From: Pseudorhodobacter sp.
GTDB lineage: Bacteria; Pseudomonadota; Alphaproteobacteria; Rhodobacterales; Rhodobacteraceae
NCBI GenBank assembly: GCA_031406155.1
Contig: JANOGW010000049.1
Coordinates: 582 to 64,581 of the forward strand
DNA length: 64,000 nt
Reading direction: 5' to 3'
Part shown: piece by piece, positions 52,592 to 61,748 of the stretch
How the letters are laid out: each line of letters opens with the position of its first letter
How positions within the stretch are numbered: the first letter of the stretch is position 1
Made by a program: the position numbers and the translations under genes
Notes under the pieces: model-generated
The model's database searches: none
What the model was told of the DNA's origin: nothing
What the model saw: only the letters and a program-made list of their open reading frames with translations

Positions 52592-53509
52592 TCAGGTATA
52601 TCTTGACAGATCCAAGCCGCCGCCGGTCAGGGTCGCAAGACGCGCGTTGCTGTCGGTATAGCGCCCGGCAAAGTGTTGGCGCACATAGTCGGTGACAGGC
52701 CGATAATCTTTCAGCCGCCTTGCAATGACAGGTGCTTTAAGCACATAGCCCAAGGCCTGATACAGACCGCCAGGCGTTTCGCCCAAGCTGACAATCGGGT
52801 TGGGGCCAAGAATGCTGCGCTGGACATGGTTTGCCCGGCGTAGGAAGGGGGCCGCATGTTCGGGGTAGCTTGCCATGCGGATCTGATGCGCTTCGGGGGC
52901 AAGAGTATGGAAATCGGCATTGCCGCTGAACTCTGCCAACTGCCGGGCCGCGGCTGCCATGTCGTCCTTGATGCTTTCCTGGGTCATCACGCAGACATTT
53001 TCAGCGCCAAACAGGCTCTGATACCGCGCAATCAGATGGTCATATTCGAAATGGCCCGCATCAAAGGTGAAATATCCGCGCCAAGGCTGCCCGTCGAAGA
53101 ACTGCTTGCATGACATCGTGCCGCCGCGCGACAGGTATTGCATGTAGATCGAGGGCAGGGTCTGCAACTGCGCGCGGATCGAGATCAGGATGCGCGCATC
53201 GGGGGCGATGGCTTTCAGGCGCTCGGCGTAAACCTCGCTTTCGCGGCCCCCGAAAAACGGATTGCCGCACAGAAGTTCGGACGACAGCACCGGCACGCCC
53301 GAAGGCGGCACCTTTTCCAGCCCTGCCGCGATGATCCGGCGCATCGGGCCGGGATCAAAGCGCAGGCCGTGCGGTGCGATGATCTGGTCGAAAATCTGAT
53401 CATGGTTGGCCAGCGGGTGATAGCCATGCCCCGGCACGAACAGCAGGCGCTGCATCCAGGTTGTTGCCGTCTTGTGATAGCCGATATGGATGAACAGCCG
53501 GTCTGTCAT
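52592..53509 (-). CDS. Sulfotransferase-like protein
   Basis: Start taken at ATG 53509 (MTDRLFIHIGYHKTATTWMQ). HKTATTW resembles the 5'-PSB loop (PKxGTTW), and ILISIRAQLQTLPS resembles the 3'-PB RxxxxxxS element. Confidence 0.5.
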   Translation of the reverse strand: MTDRLFIHIGYHKTATTWMQRLLFVPGHGYHPLANHDQIFDQIIAPHGLRFDPGPMRRIIAAGLEKVPPSGVPVLSSELLCGNPFFGGRESEVYAERLKAIAPDARILISIRAQLQTLPSIYMQYLSRGGTMSCKQFFDGQPWRGYFTFDAGHFEYDHLIARYQSLFGAENVCVMTQESIKDDMAAAARQLAEFSGNADFHTLAPEAHQIRMASYPEHAAPFLRRANHVQRSILGPNPIVSLGETPGGLYQALGYVLKAPVIARRLKDYRPVTDYVRQHFAGRYTDSNARLATLTGGGLDLSRYT

Positions 53510-53522
53510 AGGATAAAGACCT

Positions 53523-54932
53523 TCACTCGGAATACTTGCTGAGGGTGCGTTTGGCGATGTAGTGCCGAAGATCACGCATGGTGACAAGGCTGAGGCAGAG
53601 CAGCACGATCATGCCCGCAAGCACCCAACCCTGATGGGTTTCCCCGGTATTGGCAAGATGCGCATGCAGCCCGGCGGCACCAAGCGTGGCCACGCTGAAC
53701 AGGATCGGCAGCCGCATCGGTTTCAGCGGCAGCTTCAGGCGGAAATAGACCAGCGCCAGCGACACCGGATAGCCAACCGCCTCGCCCGCAATGGCGATCC
53801 AGATGATGGCGTAAAGATCGCCACCCTGGGCTGCCACATACCAGGCCACCCCAAGCGAGACCACCCGGCAAAGATTGGCGATCATGGCGTTGCTGGTCTG
53901 GCCCTGGGCAAGGGCCACGACGGAACTGCCGGCCTTGAACACCCGCAGCGCCTGCAAAATCGCAAGCCAGGTCAGATAAGGCACCAGGGCCGCGTATTTC
54001 TGCCCCAGCAGGAAAAGAACAACCGGCCCGCCGATCAGCACGACGACAAGCACCACGAGCAGCCCGTTGGCGACACTTGTCTGCAGCGTGGCCATCGACA
54101 GATGCAAAAGCCGCTCGGGGTTGGCTTTGCTTGCCGAAAGCTGCGGCAGAAAGAACGACTGCGCCGACTTGGCAGCCACCAGCGTGGGCGTCAGGGTCAG
54201 GGTGAACCCCATGGCGAAAATGCCCAGTGCGACCAGACCCAATTCATGCCCCACAACCAGCTTGTCGCCCTGAAAGACCGCGAAAAGCAGGACATTGTTC
54301 AGCAAAAGCGGCCAGCCAAACTGCAGCGCCCGCTGCATGATCTGGGGGCTCAGGGACAGCCGGTAGGATCGTTCTGCCAACAGATGCGAGGCGGCAATGC
54401 CGAACAGACCCTGCGCCAGCACAGAAAACAGCATGATCCGGTAATCGCCAAACAGGGTGTACAGCGGCCAGATCAGCAAGACCGACAGAAAGGCGGGAAC
54501 AGACGAGCTGAGGATGGAGGGCAGATATTTCATCTGCCGTTGCAGCCGGTAAATGTCAAAATGCATCAGGCCGTTCATTGCCGGCAGCAATGCCAGCATC
54601 TGATAGGCCCAGCTGACCTCGGGGATGCCCAGAAAGCGCGCAATCGGCCCGGCCAGCAGAAAAAGCATTGCGCTGGAAAAAAGCCCGCGCAGCAGGTGAA
54701 AGCCCTGCAGTCCCGCCTGCAGGTCGGGATCGTTGCCCTTGCTGTCCTGCACGATCATCTGGTGCAGGCCAAGGGCGGTGATCATCTCGACGATGGCCAT
54801 GCTGATGGCGAAGGTGGCGGCGATACCGTAATCCTCGACGCTGATCAGGCGGGCCACCACAAGGTTGCGCACCAGCAGCATAGCCGAACCAAAGGCGTTT
54901 CCTGACAGGATCAGCAACGCGGACTTGAACAT
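53523..54932 (-). CDS. Wzx-type oligosaccharide flippase (MOP superfamily polysaccharide biosynthesis protein)
   Basis: Start taken at ATG 54932 (MFKSALLILSGNAFGS...ARLISVEDYGI). It has ~12-14 TM helices. Confidence 0.8.
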   Translation of the reverse strand: MFKSALLILSGNAFGSAMLLVRNLVVARLISVEDYGIAATFAISMAIVEMITALGLHQMIVQDSKGNDPDLQAGLQGFHLLRGLFSSAMLFLLAGPIARFLGIPEVSWAYQMLALLPAMNGLMHFDIYRLQRQMKYLPSILSSSVPAFLSVLLIWPLYTLFGDYRIMLFSVLAQGLFGIAASHLLAERSYRLSLSPQIMQRALQFGWPLLLNNVLLFAVFQGDKLVVGHELGLVALGIFAMGFTLTLTPTLVAAKSAQSFFLPQLSASKANPERLLHLSMATLQTSVANGLLVVLVVVLIGGPVVLFLLGQKYAALVPYLTWLAILQALRVFKAGSSVVALAQGQTSNAMIANLCRVVSLGVAWYVAAQGGDLYAIIWIAIAGEAVGYPVSLALVYFRLKLPLKPMRLPILFSVATLGAAGLHAHLANTGETHQGWVLAGMIVLLCLSLVTMRDLRHYIAKRTLSKYSE

Positions 54933-55241
54933 GAACCATCCTTTCGCACCCGATCCCAGGCAGGTGCGCGGCCTGCCCCCCCAACGGCAAACGCACCCTG
55001 ATCGCGCGCCACTCTTTGTCCGGGAACGCGCACGGGTCAAGGCGGATTGAGCGGTTTACCCCCGTCATAGATGTCTGATCGCGCCTGCGGTGTGGCCCAA
55101 AAGTGCCAAAGCCCGCGCTTTGCCGCAGAGGCGGGGCGAAAACAGATATAAGCTTTTGGTAGAAAAGGGATTGTGCTAAAGGCGTCGTGCCGTGCTTCAG
55201 ACGTTATTCCTCCCGCAACGTGACGAAATTACGAGTGTTCC

Positions 55242-56423
55242 ATGCTTAAGATTGCCTTGATTTTCCATTCCGCCAGAAATGCCAATCTGGGGGTGGGCGC
55301 GCTGACGGTGTCCGAGGTTGAAATCATCCGCCGGATTGCCGCTGCGCGCGGGATCAAGGTGCATATCGATGTGATCGACAGCATCGCAGAAGGCCCGATC
55401 TGTGTGTCCGGCCCCGATGTGACGGTGCGCGAAACCCGGATCTTGCGGCGGCCGCTTCAGGTGTTCGCGATCATTCGCAAGGCGGATCTGGTCATCGATA
55501 TCGGCGCGGGCGACAGCTTTGCCGACATCTATGGCAGCGGGCGTCTGGTCCGGCTGTTCATGATGAAATACATGGCCCATCTGGCGGGCCGGCCGCTGGT
55601 TCTGGCGCCGCAGACGTTTGGCCCTTTCGTGAAACGCCTGTCGCGGTTTTTTGCCGTCCAATCCATCAAGCGCGCCGCCATTGTCGCCACCCGTGACCGG
55701 CTTTCCACCGATTGCGCCCGCGATCTTGGCTACCGGGGCACGGTGATCGAGGCGTCGGATGTGGCGCTGCGGTTGCCCTACACGGTGCCCGCCCCGCGTG
55801 CAGCGGGGGCACGGGTCCGGGTTGGTATCAACGTCTCGGGCCTGCTGATGGCCGGGGGCTATGACGGGCGCAACATGTTCGGCCTGCAGATGGACTATCC
55901 CGCCCTGATGCGCGAGATCATCCGGCGCTTTCAGGCCCATCCTGACGGCTGCGAGGTGCATCTGGTGGCGCACGTCATTTTGCGCGAAGCATCGCGTGAA
56001 GGCTTGGGCGGGGTGGAGGATGATTATTCCGCCAGTCTTGATCTGGCAAAGGAATTTCCCGGCGTGCAGGTTGCCCCCGCTTTTGCCACCCCGTCGGAGG
56101 CGAAAAACTATATCGCCGGGCTCGATTTTTTCATGGGGGCCCGCATGCACGCCTGTATCGCGGCGTTTTCGTCAGGTGTGCCCGTGGTACCAATGGCCTA
56201 TAGCCGCAAGTTTGCCGGGCTTTTCGGCAGCCTTGGCTATGCAAAGACGGTGGATTGCACCACGGAAAGCAGTGACGCGATCATCACGCAGATCTTCAGC
56301 GCCTATGAAGACCGTGCCGGACTGGCCGAAGAGGTGCGGGTGGCCCTTGGCCATGGGCTTGAAAAGCTCGGGGCTTATGAAGCCGCCCTTGGCGATCTGA
56401 TGAGCCGCCTCGCGAAGCGATAA
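55242..56423 (+). CDS. Polysaccharide pyruvyl transferase family protein
   Basis: KIALIFHSARNANLGVGALT...DIGAGDSFADIYG...ARMHACI is the typical PS_pyruv_trans layout. Confidence 0.8.
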   Translation: MLKIALIFHSARNANLGVGALTVSEVEIIRRIAAARGIKVHIDVIDSIAEGPICVSGPDVTVRETRILRRPLQVFAIIRKADLVIDIGAGDSFADIYGSGRLVRLFMMKYMAHLAGRPLVLAPQTFGPFVKRLSRFFAVQSIKRAAIVATRDRLSTDCARDLGYRGTVIEASDVALRLPYTVPAPRAAGARVRVGINVSGLLMAGGYDGRNMFGLQMDYPALMREIIRRFQAHPDGCEVHLVAHVILREASREGLGGVEDDYSASLDLAKEFPGVQVAPAFATPSEAKNYIAGLDFFMGARMHACIAAFSSGVPVVPMAYSRKFAGLFGSLGYAKTVDCTTESSDAIITQIFSAYEDRAGLAEEVRVALGHGLEKLGAYEAALGDLMSRLAKR

Positions 56424-56512
56424 CAGGGGCTGGTTCCAGGCACGCAGGCGCCGTCTTGAAATGGTCATGATCCTTTGATTTTCACCGCCTGCGCCACCAG
56501 ATGAGGAAAAAG

Positions 56513-57736
56513 ATGCACGAAGCCGCAAAACAGGGCAGCGACGCCCGGCGCGTATTGATCGTGGTTGAAAACCTGCCGGTACCGCTGGATCGCCGGGTCT
56601 GGCTTGAAGCGACGACGCTGGTGGCAAATGGCTACAGCGTCAGCGTGATCTGCCCCACCGGGCGCGGCTGGGACAAGACCTACGAGGAAATTGACGGCGT
56701 TCATATCTACCGCTACCCCGAGCCGCCCGAAGCCCATTCCGGTGCCCTTGCCTATGCGCGCGAATATGGCCAAGCGCTTTGGCACATGTTCCGGCTGGCC
56801 AGACTGGTGCGGCGCGAGCATGGCTTTGATGTGATCCATGGTTGCAATCCGCCCGACCTGATCTTTCTTCTGGCCTGGCGCTACCGGCTGTCGGGCGTGC
56901 GCTATCTGTTTGATCATCATGATGTCTGCCCGGAACTGTTCGAGGCCAAGTTCGGCAAGAAGGGTCTGCTTTACCGGATCATGCTGATCTGGGAACGTTT
57001 GACCTTTGCAACGGCCGATGTTTCGATCGCCACCAACGAAAGCTTTCGCGACATTGCCATCCGGCGCGGCAAGATGGCGCCGGAGGATGTCTTTGTCGTG
57101 CGCTCTGCCCCCCGGATCGAGAAATTCGAGATCCGTCCCGGCGAGGTTGCGCTGAAAAAGGGGGCCAAGACCTTGCTGGGTTATGTCGGTGTGATCGGCC
57201 AGCAAGAGGGGATGGATCTTCTGGTCGCCGCCGCCGACCATCTGATCCGGGATCTGGGCTATAATGATGTGCATTTCGCCATTGTCGGCTTCGGCCCGCA
57301 GGTGCCGCAGGTGCAAAGAGACGTGACATCGCGTGGCCTTGATGCCTGGTTCACCTTCACTGGCGCGCTGTACAGCGATGACCTGCTGGCGGTGCTGAAT
57401 GCGGCAGATATCGGTGTCTCACCCGATCCGAAAAATACGATGAACGACATCTCGACCATGAACAAAATCATGGAATACATGACGCTGGAAAAGCCTGCGG
57501 TGCAGTTTGATCTGAAAGAGGGGCGCGCCTCGGCGGGGGAGGCGTCACTTTATGCAAAGGCGAATGATCCGAAAGATTTTGCTGCAAAAATTGCCTGGCT
57601 GATCGACCATCCCGACGAGGGGCGCAAGATGGGGCAGCTTGGCCGCAAACGCGTCCTTGAAAATCTAAGCTGGGATCATTCGGTACCACATCTTCTGGCG
57701 GCCTATACGCGGGTCTTTGCCAAGCGCAAACGGTGA
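56513..57736 (+). CDS. Group 1 (GT4) glycosyltransferase
   Basis: ATG 56513 lies behind AGGAAAAAG; the alternative is ATG 56501. The N-terminus is RVLIVVENLPVPLDRRVW. The C-terminal Ex7E-like motif is MEYMTLEKPAV. Confidence 0.85.
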   Translation: MHEAAKQGSDARRVLIVVENLPVPLDRRVWLEATTLVANGYSVSVICPTGRGWDKTYEEIDGVHIYRYPEPPEAHSGALAYAREYGQALWHMFRLARLVRREHGFDVIHGCNPPDLIFLLAWRYRLSGVRYLFDHHDVCPELFEAKFGKKGLLYRIMLIWERLTFATADVSIATNESFRDIAIRRGKMAPEDVFVVRSAPRIEKFEIRPGEVALKKGAKTLLGYVGVIGQQEGMDLLVAAADHLIRDLGYNDVHFAIVGFGPQVPQVQRDVTSRGLDAWFTFTGALYSDDLLAVLNAADIGVSPDPKNTMNDISTMNKIMEYMTLEKPAVQFDLKEGRASAGEASLYAKANDPKDFAAKIAWLIDHPDEGRKMGQLGRKRVLENLSWDHSVPHLLAAYTRVFAKRKR

Positions 57737-57746
57737 AATGCAGGCG

Positions 57747-59372
57747 CTACATCGGCACGAAACGGGGCAGGGGCGGCAGGCTTTGGCCGATGAACCGCAT
57801 CAGGCGTGCCTCGGCGTCCGCCTCGGTTTCGCCTTCCCAGATTGGCGTGACATAGCGGATCAGCGCGCCATCGGTGCGCCCGGTGGTCAGCCCGTCATAA
57901 ACCACGCTTAGCTTGGCGCGAAAATCATTGACCATGCGTTTGCCGCGCTGTTCGAACCAGTAATAGACCAGTTGTTTTGACAGGCCTTTCTGGATCACGG
58001 CGCGGTTGACCTCGAACACGCCATAGCCCGTGGCGCTGAAATCCACCATGTGGGGGACGAGGCTGAAGATTTCCCAGCCGCCGACCGGCAGGCAGACCTC
58101 GGGCGAATGGATGCCGGTTCCTTCGGTCTGCTTGTCATAAAAAGCCACGAACATGTTGACGATGCCGGGGTCCTGCGGGGTGGCATAGGTGGCGTTCAGA
58201 TAATCGCTGGCCCCCAGCACCCGTTCGACATCCGTGTCTAACAAGGCCGTAGACCCCGACCAATCGCCGATCTGGCGCGGAAACAGCGCAAAGGGATCGC
58301 GCGCAATGGCCACAGTTTCGGCCGGGCGCTGGATCACCCAAACCAGCGAAACGGCCAGGGTCAGGGCCGCCGCCAGTGCCAGCATCGTCGATCCGCGAAT
58401 GGCAAGAATGCGGCCCAGGATCGGGGCAAAGCCATCGACATCCAGATCGATCGCCTGCGACAGCGGCAGCGGGTCCGGCGTCAGCCGTTGCAAGGCAATG
58501 GCCAGCCCGAACAGGATGGAAATGCAGGCCAGAAAAATCACCCAGCCTTCGAAGAAATGCAAGAACCCCTCGGCCTGTTCGATGCCGTAGCGATCGACCA
58601 GAACGCCGATCACCCCGATGCGAAACGAATTCATCAGCACGGTCAGCGGTGCCGCCGACAACAAGAGCACCGCCTTGTGCCACAGCGGCCCGCGATACAG
58701 GATCGAGAACAGATAGGAAAACGACAGGATCGGAAACAGATAGCGCAGGCCCGAACAGGCCTCTGCCACCTGCAACTTGTAAACACCCAGATCGATCACA
58801 TTGCCTTCAAGGTAAACCGACACCCCGGCAAGGCTGATGAACCAGACCCCGATTTCCGATGAATAGCCCTGCAACAGGACCGTCAGCTTCCAATACAGGA
58901 ACTGCGGCAAAGGCAGCATGAACACCAGATGCACAACCGGCAACTGGTGCCGGATGCCGCGATGCCAGCCAAACACCACCAGCACCACGCCCGCCACCCA
59001 CAGGATCATCGCATAGGTCACGATGTCGGGGATCCGCGCCAGATTGCCCAAGGCGGCCACCATCAAAGCGAGGGCAATCACCACGAGCCCCGGCCAACGC
59101 GTGACAGAGCCTGCGTCCGCAATTGGTGCCCGGCGCAATTCGCGCAAGAACAGATACAGCGAGATCAGCGGGATCAGCGGCCCGTGGCTATATTCCGGCG
59201 TGGCCCAGGCCCGGCCCAGCGACACGATCCCGATCCAGAAAATCGGCACGGATCCCGCCAAAAGCAGGGCAAACGCCGCCAGCCCCCCGATGTTGAGGGC
59301 AGGGCTATCTGCTAATGGTGGATCAACATCCTTGGTCGAAGACATTCGATATTGGTCCTTGGGCGGTCTCAT
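57747..59372 (-). CDS. Exosortase fused to a C-terminal EpsI-family domain (XrtA/XrtD-like)
   Basis: Exosortase catalytic motifs [13 protein letters not shown] (Cys), [13 protein letters not shown] (Arg) and [12 protein letters not shown] (His). The C-terminal ~200 aa carry the EpsI-like PRQIGDWSG. Confidence 0.9.
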   Translation of the reverse strand: MRPPKDQYRMSSTKDVDPPLADSPALNIGGLAAFALLLAGSVPIFWIGIVSLGRAWATPEYSHGPLIPLISLYLFLRELRRAPIADAGSVTRWPGLVVIALALMVAALGNLARIPDIVTYAMILWVAGVVLVVFGWHRGIRHQLPVVHLVFMLPLPQFLYWKLTVLLQGYSSEIGVWFISLAGVSVYLEGNVIDLGVYKLQVAEACSGLRYLFPILSFSYLFSILYRGPLWHKAVLLLSAAPLTVLMNSFRIGVIGVLVDRYGIEQAEGFLHFFEGWVIFLACISILFGLAIALQRLTPDPLPLSQAIDLDVDGFAPILGRILAIRGSTMLALAAALTLAVSLVWVIQRPAETVAIARDPFALFPRQIGDWSGSTALLDTDVERVLGASDYLNATYATPQDPGIVNMFVAFYDKQTEGTGIHSPEVCLPVGGWEIFSLVPHMVDFSATGYGVFEVNRAVIQKGLSKQLVYYWFEQRGKRMVNDFRAKLSVVYDGLTTGRTDGALIRYVTPIWEGETEADAEARLMRFIGQSLPPLPRFVPM

Positions 59373-59535
59373 GGGGCGTTACGCGAGCTACCCCGGGTAC
59401 CACGACATAGCTGTGAATTATGCAAAAACAGACACCAAACAAGGGTATTTTACAGCGCTTGCGTCTTGCGGCCTGATTACAGTGTATTCCGAAAATTGTG
59501 AACCGGCTTCCGGAAAAACCGCGCGTCAGCCAGCA

Positions 59536-60936
59536 TTACCTGCGGATCGAAAATTCACGCCCCAAGGTCATGAAGACGGTGTTCGAATTTGCAGTGCCGC
59601 TGCCGTCGGTAACTTCGCGTTGATATTCGTAGCCTGCGGAAAGGTCCCAGTCGGGGGTCAGTTCATGACTATAGGTGGCCCGCAGGGAACTGCGGTTGGT
59701 ATTGACGAAAGTTCCCGTTCCAACCTCTTCGACCTCGACATAATCAAAGTCGAACGACAGGCTCGATACGGCTGTCGTGGGCACGGTGTACCCCAGTGCG
59801 GCTTCGGTGGTCAGCACGTTGTTGCCTGACGAGGAACTGACGACACGACGTTCCAGAGAGGCCGTGATTGCCCCCCTTGCCAGGGTCTGCGTGTAGTCGA
59901 TCGACCCTACGACCCCTGCATTCCCAATTTCACCCTCTGTGACGCCGATGCTGAAGGCCAGCGTGCCGCTTGGCAGATCCATGGCGCGATTGACGCTGAG
60001 TGTGGTGCGGCCACCCTCGATGCCAAAGCTGCGATCAAGCGTCACCCCGACGCTGCCGTTGGGAAGGGCGCGGGTCAGCTCAACAGTGCCAAAGGCACCC
60101 ACATCATCGCCCGTCTCGGTATCCTCGATGTCTTCCACCCCAAGCGTGGCATCCAGAAACAGGATGGGGGAAATTTCATAGGCCGCCCCAAAGCTCAGCG
60201 CCCGGGTGGTGCGTTCGGTCTGCACCAGATCTTCGGCAGAGTAATCCTCGTATGACAGCCGTGCGCGGCCTTCCAGCACGGGGGAAAGTCGCAGCCGTGC
60301 GGTCAGGGCAATGTCATCGGTCTGGTTGTCGAACAGGCCGGTATCGGTGGTGTCGCGGTAGTCGAGGGCTTCATGCCCCAGTTCAACGCCAAACCCCAGC
60401 GGGTCACTCGTGCCAGTCTCGAAGATCAGCCGGGCCGAGCGGGTTTCGCGGATGCCAGCCCCTTCGGTCAGAATGCCGTCATCGACAAATTCGAAAGGAT
60501 CGATGAAATCAAGGTTGGTTTCGCCATAATCCGCCTCAATGCTGAAGCGGCTGTTGGCGCCTTCGCGGGCATAGCTCAGCGCCACATCGGGATCGTCAAA
60601 GCGAAAATCCCCCCCGGCGCCCGGCAACTCGGACGCCCGGAGCACGCCATCCACATCAAAGGCGAAACGATCGACCGCGGTTTCGCTCAGATAGCCAAAG
60701 GACAGCACGGTATCGAGGATCGTGCTGGTGCCGGGTGCATCGACCTCAAGACTGTAATTGTCGCTGACGCTGAGCGTGGTTTCCACACCAAAGGTAAGGA
60801 CAGTGCCGCCAACAACAGCCTCGTCTGCCTCCACATCCTGCGCGAGGGCAGGGGCCACCAGCCCGCCCAGCACACAGATGATGCCCGCAAGAGCCCTGGA
60901 ATGGCCAATACGTTGTTTCTTCACTGCCCCACCCAT
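59536..60936 (-). CDS. Putative outer-membrane beta-barrel protein of the EPS/exosortase locus
   Basis: Signal peptide ending APALA-QD. The body is D/T/S/G-rich with alternating beta-strand-like segments and frequent aromatic-terminated strands. Confidence 0.55.
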   Translation of the reverse strand: MGGAVKKQRIGHSRALAGIICVLGGLVAPALAQDVEADEAVVGGTVLTFGVETTLSVSDNYSLEVDAPGTSTILDTVLSFGYLSETAVDRFAFDVDGVLRASELPGAGGDFRFDDPDVALSYAREGANSRFSIEADYGETNLDFIDPFEFVDDGILTEGAGIRETRSARLIFETGTSDPLGFGVELGHEALDYRDTTDTGLFDNQTDDIALTARLRLSPVLEGRARLSYEDYSAEDLVQTERTTRALSFGAAYEISPILFLDATLGVEDIEDTETGDDVGAFGTVELTRALPNGSVGVTLDRSFGIEGGRTTLSVNRAMDLPSGTLAFSIGVTEGEIGNAGVVGSIDYTQTLARGAITASLERRVVSSSSGNNVLTTEAALGYTVPTTAVSSLSFDFDYVEVEEVGTGTFVNTNRSSLRATYSHELTPDWDLSAGYEYQREVTDGSGTANSNTVFMTLGREFSIRR

Positions 60937-61023
60937 TATCGGCCCACCCTTATACGGACGTGTCGCCGTAGCTTACCTGTCGTATGGCCCGCCGTCTATT
61001 CGGAGACGCCTGTTTGAAGGCGT

Positions 61024-61623
61024 CTATTCGAACAGCCTGCGCTGCGGAACCACAATTACGTCACCCGATTGCAGGCGTGTACTGCCAGCAATGCCGGATG
61101 TGCCTGTGCCATCATAGTTGAAAAGATAGACCTGTTCTGCCCCACCTTTGACGGTGCGGCGCAACTGAACCCGTTTTTGTGCGGCAAAGCGGGTAAATCC
61201 GCCAGCCTGTGCCAGAAACTGCAGAACCGTCGTGCCGGGTGTTACATCCGCCTTGCCCGGCGCATTGACCTCACCCATGGCATAGACGCTGATGGTGGCT
61301 GCGGCGCCGGCAGCCCGCGGAGTTACCACGGCCAGCGTGCCGACACCGACAAAGACGGTTGGTGCAGCGGCAAAGTTCGAGGCAAGGGCCGCCGACAGAT
61401 CCGCGCGCACATCATTGACCGACCGGCCTGCTGCGGGAATGGTGCCGACCAACGGAAAATTGATGGACCCGTCCGGCAACACCAGAACAGACCGGTTCAG
61501 CGCCGGATCTTCCAGCACTTCCACCTGCAGGCTGTCGCCGCTTCTGATCTTGTAAGAGCTTTGTGCAAAAGCCCCAGTTGCAAGTGTGGCGGCAATCAGC
61601 GCGCCGAGGATGATTCTGATCAT
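61024..61623 (-). CDS. Periplasmic polysaccharide export protein (Wza/EpsE-like: Poly_export + SLBB)
   Basis: Signal peptide ATGAFA-QS. YKIRSGDSLQVEVLEDP...VLPDGSINFPLVGTIPAAGRSVNDV is the hallmark motif run. Confidence 0.85.
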   Translation of the reverse strand: MIRIILGALIAATLATGAFAQSSYKIRSGDSLQVEVLEDPALNRSVLVLPDGSINFPLVGTIPAAGRSVNDVRADLSAALASNFAAAPTVFVGVGTLAVVTPRAAGAAATISVYAMGEVNAPGKADVTPGTTVLQFLAQAGGFTRFAAQKRVQLRRTVKGGAEQVYLFNYDGTGTSGIAGSTRLQSGDVIVVPQRRLFE

Positions 61624-61748
61624 GTTAGTTCCCCATATTCTTATTTGTTAACATCACTATATTCCCGTTCAGGCAATCTTGCAAAACCGATAAGTGGCAG
61701 GAAAGTCGCCAGTGCAGCCGAATTGCCGCGTTTTTTGGGCAAAACGGG

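Noticed and set aside
53562-54905. 447-aa plus-strand ORF opposite the flippase gene
   Set aside because: The minus-strand frame encodes a textbook multi-TM Wzx-like protein. The plus-strand translation is basic and Gln/His/Arg-rich with no motifs.
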